DNA of 64,000 nucleotides from a virus (Duplodnaviria > Caudoviricetes): the IMG/VR virus record IMGVR_UViG_3300022602_000025; one strand, written 5' to 3'. Below are positions 45,607 through 54,157 of this stretch, piece by piece; position 1 is the first letter of the stretch, and each line of letters opens with the position of its first letter. The position numbers were made by a program, and so were the translations under genes. Under the pieces are notes generated by a model. That model saw only the letters and a list, made by a program, of their open reading frames with translations. It was not told the DNA's origin and ran no database searches.

Positions 45607-46728
45607 ATGCTTACATCACTACAAACACACTGGGACAATAAAACACTCGACTACGACTTAAAAAAATATAACTGGCCTGCATGGGCATTAAGCGTTATCC
45701 AAGAAGTCGCTCCGCAAATTAAAGAGCTAGAAACAATGCACTTGTATCTAACTCCTGCTGAAATCGTTAAAGTTGGCAATCACGTACAAAATGCGTGTAG
45801 TCGCAGAGACTTTATGGAACGCTTTGATGAGTTCGCTATGAGTGTAGTTCCTCAGCGTATTGATGGTAAGCGTTTTATGATACAGCGTCAAGGTACTCTG
45901 CGTGTTGTTATTCCTAATCAAGCAAAAGTAGGTCGCAGACTTGCTTTCCATCAAGGTATCTTTGTGGGCAACGGACGCGGCTGTAGAACTATTTGGACTC
46001 CGTTTACCAAAGCAGAAAAGACTAACACCATGTGGATGTTAGACTTAGACATTAGTCGTGTGATTACTAAGCGTGTTCTTGCTGAAAAATGGACTATGGA
46101 ACAGTTTGAGGACGAGTGTTTAAAACATGCTTGGCCAGTAACCTTACAACCTGGACAAAGTCATCTGTTCTTCCAAGAACATATTCACGGCAACGTAAAC
46201 AATGATGAAGGGTATACTCGTGTTAGTATGGATATGCGTATTCTTATTGAAGGCGAGGAATGGGGACGTAGACTTCCTGGCGGCTTTATGCGATTACCGG
46301 GCGACTATGAAGTAACACAAACTGGTGACTATACTGGTAAGAGCTTTATTACCTATGCAGGATGGAACAGTACATTTAGTAAAAACATTCCTTTGCCGAT
46401 GCAACGTGCTATTATTGAGCCGTATTGTGTTAAAAACAAGATTAGTTACAACAGCTACGAATTTGAAAATGAACACATGGATTGGCAACCAGGACTAGAA
46501 TATTATATTAAAGAACGTCCAGATGGCATCGTGCTATCTAGCATGTATGCACTTACTGACGATGTTGTTCGTAGAAGTGAATTGCTACAACTAGCATTAG
46601 ACAACGGCGTAGAATTGCATTTTGCTAACGAATTATGTGCGTTGAAAACTGTAGATGATCTAGAAAAGATTGAAACTTACTTGAATTTCGCTGTTCCGAA
46701 AAAGGGTCCGTACGTCTGGGAGGAGTAA
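45607..46728 (+). CDS. StrG/PhyH-like cupin oxygenase with extra C-terminal domain
   Basis: AFHQG, TIWTPFT, HIHGNVNN...TRVSMDMR; HxG in place of HxD. Confidence 0.6.
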   Translation: MLTSLQTHWDNKTLDYDLKKYNWPAWALSVIQEVAPQIKELETMHLYLTPAEIVKVGNHVQNACSRRDFMERFDEFAMSVVPQRIDGKRFMIQRQGTLRVVIPNQAKVGRRLAFHQGIFVGNGRGCRTIWTPFTKAEKTNTMWMLDLDISRVITKRVLAEKWTMEQFEDECLKHAWPVTLQPGQSHLFFQEHIHGNVNNDEGYTRVSMDMRILIEGEEWGRRLPGGFMRLPGDYEVTQTGDYTGKSFITYAGWNSTFSKNIPLPMQRAIIEPYCVKNKISYNSYEFENEHMDWQPGLEYYIKERPDGIVLSSMYALTDDVVRRSELLQLALDNGVELHFANELCALKTVDDLEKIETYLNFAVPKKGPYVWEE

Positions 46729-46743
46729 ACTAAATAGTAAGTT

Positions 46744-47505
46744 ATGAAACAATTCTTACTAGACAAATTTAATTCTCTTACTAAAGATACTTTAATAGCG
46801 TTTACAAATGCTGTTACTAAAAGTATGCCTGTGTTCAAGAGCGGGTTTACAGGGCTACCGATATGGGGATATACAGATACCGGGTTTTGGACAGTACACC
46901 CTATAAATACCTGCCCTGAGCTACGTTTTTACGGAAATGACGGCTCAGTACATTTACTAGGTATGAGACACGATCAAACATATTTTGATTTATATCAGCG
47001 TATCTATAATGATTTTCAAAATACCGGTTATCGTTGCTTAACTCCTGTGTCGATTGAAGAAGTTAGCATTGTTCCTCATACAGATCTTTATTTTAATCTA
47101 GATAATCAAAGTCAGGTTAGAACACTTTATTACACTCAGTTTACTTCACCAACAGGCGGAATAATAACTCCTGCTTTGTTCTTTGGAGAAGGGTTTGAAA
47201 ACACAACTACTTTGCCTGTATTAACAGAACTAGTAGATCAGTCTTGCAAACTTTTATCTACATTCAAAGAAGTAAGTATACCATTTCCTAGACTAAGTTT
47301 AAGTTACGAGTACATGGGAATTGATAATCAAGGACTGTTCCATACTATATTTCCTACACCGGCCGCAACAGCTGAACAAGGACTTGCTGTTCAGCAAGAA
47401 GCAATGGATGTTGTTACAAACTACGCATTAACAAACATGTCTAGTGATGAACAACAAACACTACAAACATTAATGAGCGAAAAATGGCAACCGTTAACGA
47501 TTTAA
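46744..47505 (+). CDS. hypothetical protein
   Basis: 253 aa ORF after a TAAATA element. Confidence 0.65.
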   Translation: MKQFLLDKFNSLTKDTLIAFTNAVTKSMPVFKSGFTGLPIWGYTDTGFWTVHPINTCPELRFYGNDGSVHLLGMRHDQTYFDLYQRIYNDFQNTGYRCLTPVSIEEVSIVPHTDLYFNLDNQSQVRTLYYTQFTSPTGGIITPALFFGEGFENTTTLPVLTELVDQSCKLLSTFKEVSIPFPRLSLSYEYMGIDNQGLFHTIFPTPAATAEQGLAVQQEAMDVVTNYALTNMSSDEQQTLQTLMSEKWQPLTI

Positions 47506-47738
47506 ACTTTCAAGTAACTCTTTGGAAAGACGACACTAAGATGGTTAGAGCCGATGGCAATTTCCTAATTCCAAATGCCTTAATTACTATATTGAATTAT
47601 TTCCTAGTAGACAAGCAAGACTTTTACACACATATTGAATTACGATATAAAAATCAAGTTGTTTTGTTTGCTGAAGTTGCAGACTTCACGTCAACGCTGA
47701 ATTGGCTGACTCCAAAAACTTTGATCGAAGCCATTTAA
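47484..47738 (+). CDS. hypothetical protein
   Basis: 84 aa ORF coupled to the upstream gene. Confidence 0.5.
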   Translation: MATVNDLNFQVTLWKDDTKMVRADGNFLIPNALITILNYFLVDKQDFYTHIELRYKNQVVLFAEVADFTSTLNWLTPKTLIEAI

Positions 47739-48378
47739 AGTCGTTTATCTTTTGTAGTTCTTCTGGTTTATCTTTATTCAACTCGCCGTAAGCTCTACCT
47801 AACTGTGCTCCTTCAATCGCATTAATTCCGTATTGAACTCCTGCACCCTTAGTACACCAAACATTTAATCTTTCTTCAGTTTCTGCATCAACTTGTCCGT
47901 TGATAACCTTTGAACTTAATTTAACACATTCTCTAAAAGCACTACGCCATGCGTTAAATGGATCTGTGTTAAAATATGTAGCTGATGCGACTTCTGGTAC
48001 AGCAGTAAAGTGCTTAACAATAGAAGTAGTCATGTCTACGCTGTTAGTATCCATGTTCATAGTTGCTACTCTCGGCAATAGCTTAACTCCACCGTTACCG
48101 TAACTTAATCCATTGACAGGGTTTAGAGCTTTATAAACATACACACTTTCAATCCATACACCGTCTGGATCTTTAAATGTAAATGTATCTGCAATTTGAC
48201 TATCGCCATCTACTACCCAAAACATTGAAGTGCGTGATTTCCTTGCCGCAAGTATGTGAGCATTATGTATTCCTTCAACTCCATGCACCCGTCTAGCAAA
48301 TGGAAATCGTGATTTTAACTTTTCCCAATTAGCATCTGCGTTCGGCTCATTATAAGATATAAATGTAATATCAAACAT
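47686..48378 (-). CDS. GT-A fold glycosyltransferase-like protein
   Basis: FISYNEPNAD, HGVEGIHNAH, WVVDGD (DxD), NGLSYGNGGVKL, WRSAFRE. Confidence 0.75.
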   Translation of the reverse strand: MFDITFISYNEPNADANWEKLKSRFPFARRVHGVEGIHNAHILAARKSRTSMFWVVDGDSQIADTFTFKDPDGVWIESVYVYKALNPVNGLSYGNGGVKLLPRVATMNMDTNSVDMTTSIVKHFTAVPEVASATYFNTDPFNAWRSAFRECVKLSSKVINGQVDAETEERLNVWCTKGAGVQYGINAIEGAQLGRAYGELNKDKPEELQKINDFKWLRSKFLESANSALT

Positions 48379-49264
48379 TTCTTTTAGTAACCCACATAAC
48401 TTGTTCTACGGCCTGTTGATACTGTTCTGCAAATGTTCCTACTACAAACTCGCTGATAGTAAGATCTGCTAATACAGTCTTTAGATTGAACTCATTAGCA
48501 AGTCCGCGACCATAACGTTCTATTTCTGTTAATGGATCAGACGATGCAACTTCTTGCCAAATAGTCTTAAGGCAATCAAAGTCACGCACATCAACCCAAT
48601 TCCAATCTTCGCAGGTTGCTTTGTAAGCACCGTGACGAGCACCAAGGATAGCCCATAAGCCATTGTCTACGTGTGCGCCAATGCTCATCCATACTTTAAG
48701 TCTATGTAGATTGTGCCAGTGCATTTCATCAATACTCTTAGCAACTTTAGATCCATTAATCAAACACATCTTAACACCTTCACGGAATCCTGCTCTCCAT
48801 GCTTGGAAAGGAGTTGCGTTAGGATATGTAACAGAGTAACTGTCTACCATAGGACGATAACCGTCTTCCCAACAAAAGTCTACTTGCCCTTTATCGTCTG
48901 TTGCGGCTTCGTGCGATCGCATGTTTAAGATAAAATCTTTGCGCCATACTTTAAGACTACCGTTGCCGTATCGTAAGCCATTAACAACGTTAACTCCGGG
49001 CCAGCTAAATGCTTGAGCTCCAGAAGGTATATCTATTACTTGATCAAAGAACTTAGTATCTACAATGTTGTCTGCATCTACAGTTATAAGCCATTCAGTA
49101 TCGCTTTGCCGTGCGGCTTCTTTGTGGCATTCGTCACTGCCTTTAACTCCGTGAACACGTTTAGCCCACATACACTTATCAAGTAAGTCAGCCCAATTCT
49201 GTTCAGCATTAGGTTCATCGTAACTGATAAAGATACAGTCTAATTCTGCTATATTAAGTTTCAT
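48371..49264 (-). CDS. GT-A fold glycosyltransferase-like protein (paralog of 47686)
   Basis: FISYDEPNAE, HGVKGSDECH, TVDADN, NGLRYGNG, WRAGFRE. Confidence 0.75.
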   Translation of the reverse strand: MKLNIAELDCIFISYDEPNAEQNWADLLDKCMWAKRVHGVKGSDECHKEAARQSDTEWLITVDADNIVDTKFFDQVIDIPSGAQAFSWPGVNVVNGLRYGNGSLKVWRKDFILNMRSHEAATDDKGQVDFCWEDGYRPMVDSYSVTYPNATPFQAWRAGFREGVKMCLINGSKVAKSIDEMHWHNLHRLKVWMSIGAHVDNGLWAILGARHGAYKATCEDWNWVDVRDFDCLKTIWQEVASSDPLTEIERYGRGLANEFNLKTVLADLTISEFVVGTFAEQYQQAVEQVMWVTKRNV

Positions 49265-49812
49265 ATTTGTCTCGCCCAAACACTAACTGTATTATCAAAA
49301 TCTACATTAGTCTGGAATGTTTTATCTTTGCTTAATTGATGTAAGTCTAAATTAAACTTACATAATAATTTAGTTGGATCTTGATAGGCCGTTACATAAA
49401 ACGTTGACAGTCTATTCTTTTCAGTAACTTTATCTTTAAACGTTTGTTGAGCATCTTCTTCTAGGCTATCTAAATCTAAATCAAGTGTAAGTGTTGAATC
49501 AGCAAAACTAACTTTAATGTTAAAATGATCAAAGAACATGATACGATAATCTAAGTCACGAACTATGTTATTTGAAATAACATCTCTTCTACTTAATAAA
49601 GTAGATAGTTTGTTTTTTAGAGTTCCGTGTCCGTTTTCAATACTTAGAAAATGATCGTGCATCCTGCGTTGATGTGAAAGTAAACTTTCTGCATCCTGTT
49701 GACTTAGTGTGCAAGTATCAAACCCTTCTGGAATTTCTACGAACGGAACTCCACCAATAGATACAGGATTCAATGTTTTGATTTCATAAAGTGCATAAAA
49801 GATATGACTCAT
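49261..49812 (-). CDS. hypothetical protein
   Basis: 183 aa in the GT operon. Confidence 0.65.
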   Translation of the reverse strand: MSHIFYALYEIKTLNPVSIGGVPFVEIPEGFDTCTLSQQDAESLLSHQRRMHDHFLSIENGHGTLKNKLSTLLSRRDVISNNIVRDLDYRIMFFDHFNIKVSFADSTLTLDLDLDSLEEDAQQTFKDKVTEKNRLSTFYVTAYQDPTKLLCKFNLDLHQLSKDKTFQTNVDFDNTVSVWARQI

Positions 49813-50621
49813 AGTGCGTCCTTTAATGTATCAATTATTTCATCTGTAATTAATTCTTTCTTTACATAGTGCAGGAGTTCTGTTTGTTGCCATACACCAA
49901 TTTTAATCTGCCCTTTAGTATCTAAACTAAATCTTAATTTTTCGTTCCAGTCTGATATGTAACTGTCCCAAAGTTGTACAGCAGGCTTCATGTGTGTGAT
50001 TCTTGGAAATTGCCAATCTGGATTTGTTGCGTCATCTACAATATCTAATATGATTAGTGCTAGTGCAAACGCTTCATCTGTAGGAATAGTATTCAGCCCA
50101 CATCCGGGAATGATAGCGTCAATAAACTCTGCAGGATTATCAGTTATAGTTTTAACCAGACTAAAGAATTGATTGCTAATATCAGCTTTACGGAAGTAAG
50201 TCCACGCATTATACACATTAGGCCATTTGTTTTCAGCAAACAACTTTCTATAGTGTCCGTAGTTTGTTATTAGTTTACTCTTGTAAGTTTGTGGTGCTGT
50301 AGTTACAAACAGATCTTTGCTGTCTACCAAACTCCAGTAGTGCGACATGTCCTTAAGGAATAGCATGTCTGCATCTAATAATATAGTTTCGTCAAACGGA
50401 GTATAATCATAGGCTCTACTTCTAGCATCCATGCCTAGCGGACCTATATACGGAATTACAATATCAAATGCAGACTCGTCTACAGGAGTATTTGTAACAA
50501 GTGCTACCTTGTTATATCCATCTGGCTGTGTAATTTTTATACTTAACGCACAAGCATGAGCTAACTTAACATAATCTGTAGAATCTGTGTTTAATGCGAA
50601 TAGCAAGTAACCTCGGCTCAT
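49809..50621 (-). CDS. GT8-like glycosyltransferase
   Basis: LAHACALSIK, TPFDETILLDADMLF (DxD), THMK. Confidence 0.78.
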   Translation of the reverse strand: MSRGYLLFALNTDSTDYVKLAHACALSIKITQPDGYNKVALVTNTPVDESAFDIVIPYIGPLGMDARSRAYDYTPFDETILLDADMLFLKDMSHYWSLVDSKDLFVTTAPQTYKSKLITNYGHYRKLFAENKWPNVYNAWTYFRKADISNQFFSLVKTITDNPAEFIDAIIPGCGLNTIPTDEAFALALIILDIVDDATNPDWQFPRITHMKPAVQLWDSYISDWNEKLRFSLDTKGQIKIGVWQQTELLHYVKKELITDEIIDTLKDAL

Positions 50622-51472
50622 ACTAACTCCATTAGCGATTGTATGTTAGCAAGGATACTAAATTTGTTTAATACATGAACGTCTTGATTTTTACAGCGAG
50701 ACAAGAAATAGTTGTTTGGGCTGTGCTGATCCTTTGATACAAAGGTTAATTGATCGGATCTAATATTTGCAAGTTCGCTATTGTCATCGTAAAGCACAGG
50801 AACGGGTAATTCGCCGTGCCATTGATTTGTTCCGTGCCCACTCATGATGTGGCAAGCTACGCTAAACGCAAAGTCGTTTCTATACTTGTCTGGTGAAAAT
50901 TCATACAGTCCAGCATAGTAAACATATTCTTCTCTGATGTGTTCTACTAAATCAAATACTAGTTTAACTTCTGGAGTCTTACTAAACATTATGTTAGTAG
51001 CCCATAACATATTAATGCTTGAGGGGTTTAGGATATATTCTGTAGGACGATATTGTTCTTCAAAAGGATTGTACATACCAGGAGTGATTAAGAAATCATT
51101 TGTATCTTCCCAGTATTGATTTAGCACATCACTAAAGATTAAAAAGTCGCTGTCAATAACCAACGTCCGATCATATGGTGTTAGATCGTATGCACTATTT
51201 CTATTGCTGTTATTAAATTCAATTAGATGCTTTTGGCTTGTAACCCCATCTGTTAGATATCTGTAGTTTGTTACAGAGGGCTTATTAATAATAATAATCT
51301 GATCAAACGGCAGAGAATCAAATTTAGACTTTATGTCATCTACTGTCGCTATATCACTGACTAAACTTACAGGAACTCCTAGATGTTTAGAGGCTAGGCC
51401 GGCCGCAAGCACAGCCTGACTACCGTAGTCGATAGTACCGTTGTGAGCAAATATCAAACAGCCCTTAGTCAT
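50618..51472 (-). CDS. GT8-like glycosyltransferase
   Basis: TPYDRTLVIDSDF (DxD), RNDFAFS, HVLNK. Confidence 0.78.
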   Translation of the reverse strand: MTKGCLIFAHNGTIDYGSQAVLAAGLASKHLGVPVSLVSDIATVDDIKSKFDSLPFDQIIIINKPSVTNYRYLTDGVTSQKHLIEFNNSNRNSAYDLTPYDRTLVIDSDFLIFSDVLNQYWEDTNDFLITPGMYNPFEEQYRPTEYILNPSSINMLWATNIMFSKTPEVKLVFDLVEHIREEYVYYAGLYEFSPDKYRNDFAFSVACHIMSGHGTNQWHGELPVPVLYDDNSELANIRSDQLTFVSKDQHSPNNYFLSRCKNQDVHVLNKFSILANIQSLMELV

Positions 51473-51819
51473 AGATCGACTACGGCTCCTACTGATCGTT
51501 TCTTTTTTAGTGCTTCGATATCGATGTAGTATTGATTAACAGTACGGAAGTATCTATCCCAGCATACTCGTCTAAACTCTACAATATCCTGGATAAGGAT
51601 AGGATCAAGTTTGTCATCTAACACAACAAGAGTGTCAGTACCATCATCTGGAATAAGCGTATTAATAAATGCTAGGAAATTTTTATCAAGAAAGAACCGC
51701 CCACCATTGTATGCAAGCGTAAGATCTACTTTAACTTTTTCTCTTAGACGTTGTTTTTCTAAATGCTGAGTATGTCTAAAATTGGAAAAATCAAGTGCCT
51801 TTTGTAACCTTTCGTCCAT
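51469..51819 (-). CDS. hypothetical protein (possible tail-assembly chaperone)
   Basis: 116 aa; MDERLQKALDFSN...YNGGRF; lies between the virion gene and the GTs. Confidence 0.6.
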   Translation of the reverse strand: MDERLQKALDFSNFRHTQHLEKQRLREKVKVDLTLAYNGGRFFLDKNFLAFINTLIPDDGTDTLVVLDDKLDPILIQDIVEFRRVCWDRYFRTVNQYYIDIEALKKKRSVGAVVDL

Positions 51820-51883
51820 AAAAAATCCCTATGATATAGTATTGTAATTATACTATCTTACCATAGGGATTGTAAAGACTAGA

Positions 51884-53026
51884 TTAAGTTGATGCGACTG
51901 TCCATGTAGTAGTTGTGATGCTTGACGGAACTATTCCTCCGAACGCACCAGCCGCTACGTTTTGATAAATGGCAAAACCAATACCGCCACTAACTGAATC
52001 TGGACCTAGTGTTGGGCTTCCTGTTGCTGTGTGATAGTCAATGTATCTAACATTAATTGAAACTGTTGTAGTATTCAATGCAGGTAATCCCCAAACTTCT
52101 ACTTTGTTTTTTGAGTACGCACTAGTAGCTAGCGGATCTGATAATTGTAGCAATAAAGTTGATGATGTTGCTGTAAACAAGATATCATATTGTGGTGCAT
52201 TTAGAACATAGGTAAAGCTGTTCATGAATGTTAGCCAGTTTTGATCTTGTGCAGATCCAGAAGCTGTTGGGAAAATACCTTGGAACGATACGTTACCGCC
52301 CTGATTAAAGAAGTAGGTAGTTGCGTTTGTTGAACTAAACGAAATATTAGTTGTACTTTGTGTACCACTGTTCGAGCTTCCGTTAGGACCACCCCATGAA
52401 CCGCTGTTTGTGCTAGAACCAATTAATGTTTGTACTAATTGACTAGCAGCTACAGTTGTACGATTTGCGATAGCTGTAGTCATGTAACTGTCAATCGTAG
52501 CCAAGTTTGCGTAGGTAATTTTACCTACTAGCTGTGCGTAACCTGTGTATGTATTACCAGTTTGATGGATCCAAACTTTGTTAGTATCATTAGCTAAATT
52601 TTGCCAATGTGCGTGTGTAATCGTAGCAGATGAAGCAACAGAAGTAGAGCTAGTGATCTGATTATAACCAAAGTCTGGATAGTATGTGATAAGTCCGACA
52701 GCATATTGATTAACTGTTGTTGCACCTGATTGAGTAGTTTCAAACGCACCTCTATAATATGTGTTTTTGCTTACAGAATCATAATAGGTCGTAGTAGTGC
52801 CGATGCCTGCGAAAAATACAGTTCCGTATGGATTGTATGTAATAGTGGTTTGTAAAGTGTTTTGATCTTCTGCCCAATTATATTGTGGAGGCAACAGGCT
52901 GTACTGAGTAGGAGTATACACTACGTATTTTGGCCCGTAAGGATAGCCATCTCCTAATACTTGATTAACCTTAGTTTGTACGGTGTTATAGTCTGCACCG
53001 TAGATAATTGTTCCTGTACTAGCCAT
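51884..53026 (-). CDS. putative virion structural / tail-associated protein
   Basis: Thr/Ser/Gly-rich 380 aa; ADYNTVQTKVNQVLG, YFFNQGG; TAAATA and SD upstream. Confidence 0.65.
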   Translation of the reverse strand: MASTGTIIYGADYNTVQTKVNQVLGDGYPYGPKYVVYTPTQYSLLPPQYNWAEDQNTLQTTITYNPYGTVFFAGIGTTTTYYDSVSKNTYYRGAFETTQSGATTVNQYAVGLITYYPDFGYNQITSSTSVASSATITHAHWQNLANDTNKVWIHQTGNTYTGYAQLVGKITYANLATIDSYMTTAIANRTTVAASQLVQTLIGSSTNSGSWGGPNGSSNSGTQSTTNISFSSTNATTYFFNQGGNVSFQGIFPTASGSAQDQNWLTFMNSFTYVLNAPQYDILFTATSSTLLLQLSDPLATSAYSKNKVEVWGLPALNTTTVSINVRYIDYHTATGSPTLGPDSVSGGIGFAIYQNVAAGAFGGIVPSSITTTTWTVAST

Positions 53027-53153
53027 TCGTGATCTCCATTAACCTATATTTATTACGTTTTTAAAAAGGCTGATTGCTCTTTATTTTGTTCTGTGCTACT
53101 ATTTACACTATAAATAGCTCGTAGAATGCTTTTTTGATGTATTGAGAATTTAT

Positions 53154-53546
53154 ATGGCATATTCGGACAAAGTAATAGATCACTATGAAAATCCACGTAA
53201 TGTGGGCAGTTTGGACAAAAACAGTCCAGATGTAGGTACGGGTATGGTTGGTGCTCCTGCCTGCGGTGATGTAATGAAACTTCAGATTGAAGTACATGAC
53301 GGAGTGATTACTGATGCAAAGTTTAAAACATACGGATGCGGAAGTGCAATCGCCAGTAGCAGTCTCGTTACAGAATGGGTTAAGGGCCGCTCGCTTGATG
53401 ATGCTCAAAAAATTAAGAACAGTGACATCGCGGAAGAACTTGCTTTGCCTCCGGTTAAGATCCACTGTTCAATCTTAGCTGAAGATGCTATCAGAGAAGC
53501 CATAAAAAACTATAGAGAAAAACATGGAACCAATAACAATAACTGA
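53154..53546 (+). CDS. iscU: Fe-S cluster scaffold protein IscU
   Basis: [54 protein letters not shown]; TATAAATA at 53109. Confidence 0.97.
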   Translation: MAYSDKVIDHYENPRNVGSLDKNSPDVGTGMVGAPACGDVMKLQIEVHDGVITDAKFKTYGCGSAIASSSLVTEWVKGRSLDDAQKIKNSDIAEELALPPVKIHCSILAEDAIREAIKNYREKHGTNNNN

Positions 53547-53853
53547 GTCAGCTACTGCCAAAATAGTTGATATACTAGCAGAAGAAAACAATCCTGCTGT
53601 TTCCCTGCGTGTGTTTGTGCAAGGTGGCGGTTGTTCAGGTTTTAGTTATGGCTTTACCTTAGATGAAGAACAGGCAGATGATGATTTTGAAATAAGCAAG
53701 CCTGGATTTAAACTTTTGGTAGATTCTATGAGCTATCAATATCTTGTAGGCGCTACAATAGACTATAAAGAAGAACTAATGGGCAGTAGCTTTACTATCC
53801 AAAATCCAAACGCCCAAACTACATGCGGTTGCGGTTCATCGTTTTCAGTATAA
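53524..53853 (+). CDS. erpA: A-type Fe-S carrier ErpA/IscA
   Basis: [37 protein letters not shown]. Confidence 0.93.
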   Translation: MEPITITESATAKIVDILAEENNPAVSLRVFVQGGGCSGFSYGFTLDEEQADDDFEISKPGFKLLVDSMSYQYLVGATIDYKEELMGSSFTIQNPNAQTTCGCGSSFSV

Positions 53854-54101
53854 TGCTATACAAATCTCTTAAACATCACAACATACAACTAGAGCCCAAA
53901 GCCAAAGTAGAATTTGACGCAGGCGATGGTGTAATTCTAGTTCCTCCTACAGAATCCAAAATCTTTATACATTGGCTTAACGACAAGGGCCAACTTCGTA
54001 ATACTTTTACTATGACATTTGATACCCAAATTACAGGAAAAGTACGCTTAATCAACGGTTTAGATAAACCCGCAACAATACATGTTATCCAAATCTCTTG
54101 A
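53853..54101 (+). CDS. hypothetical protein
   Basis: start moved to 53853; stop TGA inside the ligase promoter. Confidence 0.5.
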   Translation: MLYKSLKHHNIQLEPKAKVEFDAGDGVILVPPTESKIFIHWLNDKGQLRNTFTMTFDTQITGKVRLINGLDKPATIHVIQIS

Positions 54102-54126
54102 CAACTGTGGTATTACCTGTTATACT
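54098..54126 (+). promoter_or_regulatory. sigma70 promoter of the early-array type (TTGACA-actgtGGTATTACCtgt-TATACT)
   Basis: 17-nt spacer with the GGT-WWW-ACC dyad. Confidence 0.82.
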
Positions 54127-54157
54127 ATATAAACACAGTTAGAAAAGGACATCCTTA

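Noticed and set aside
14729-51819. Host chromosomal LPS/capsule or antibiotic cluster rather than phage DNA
   Set aside because: No transport, polymerase or regulatory genes; it is flanked by phage early and tail genes and uses T4-late-like promoters
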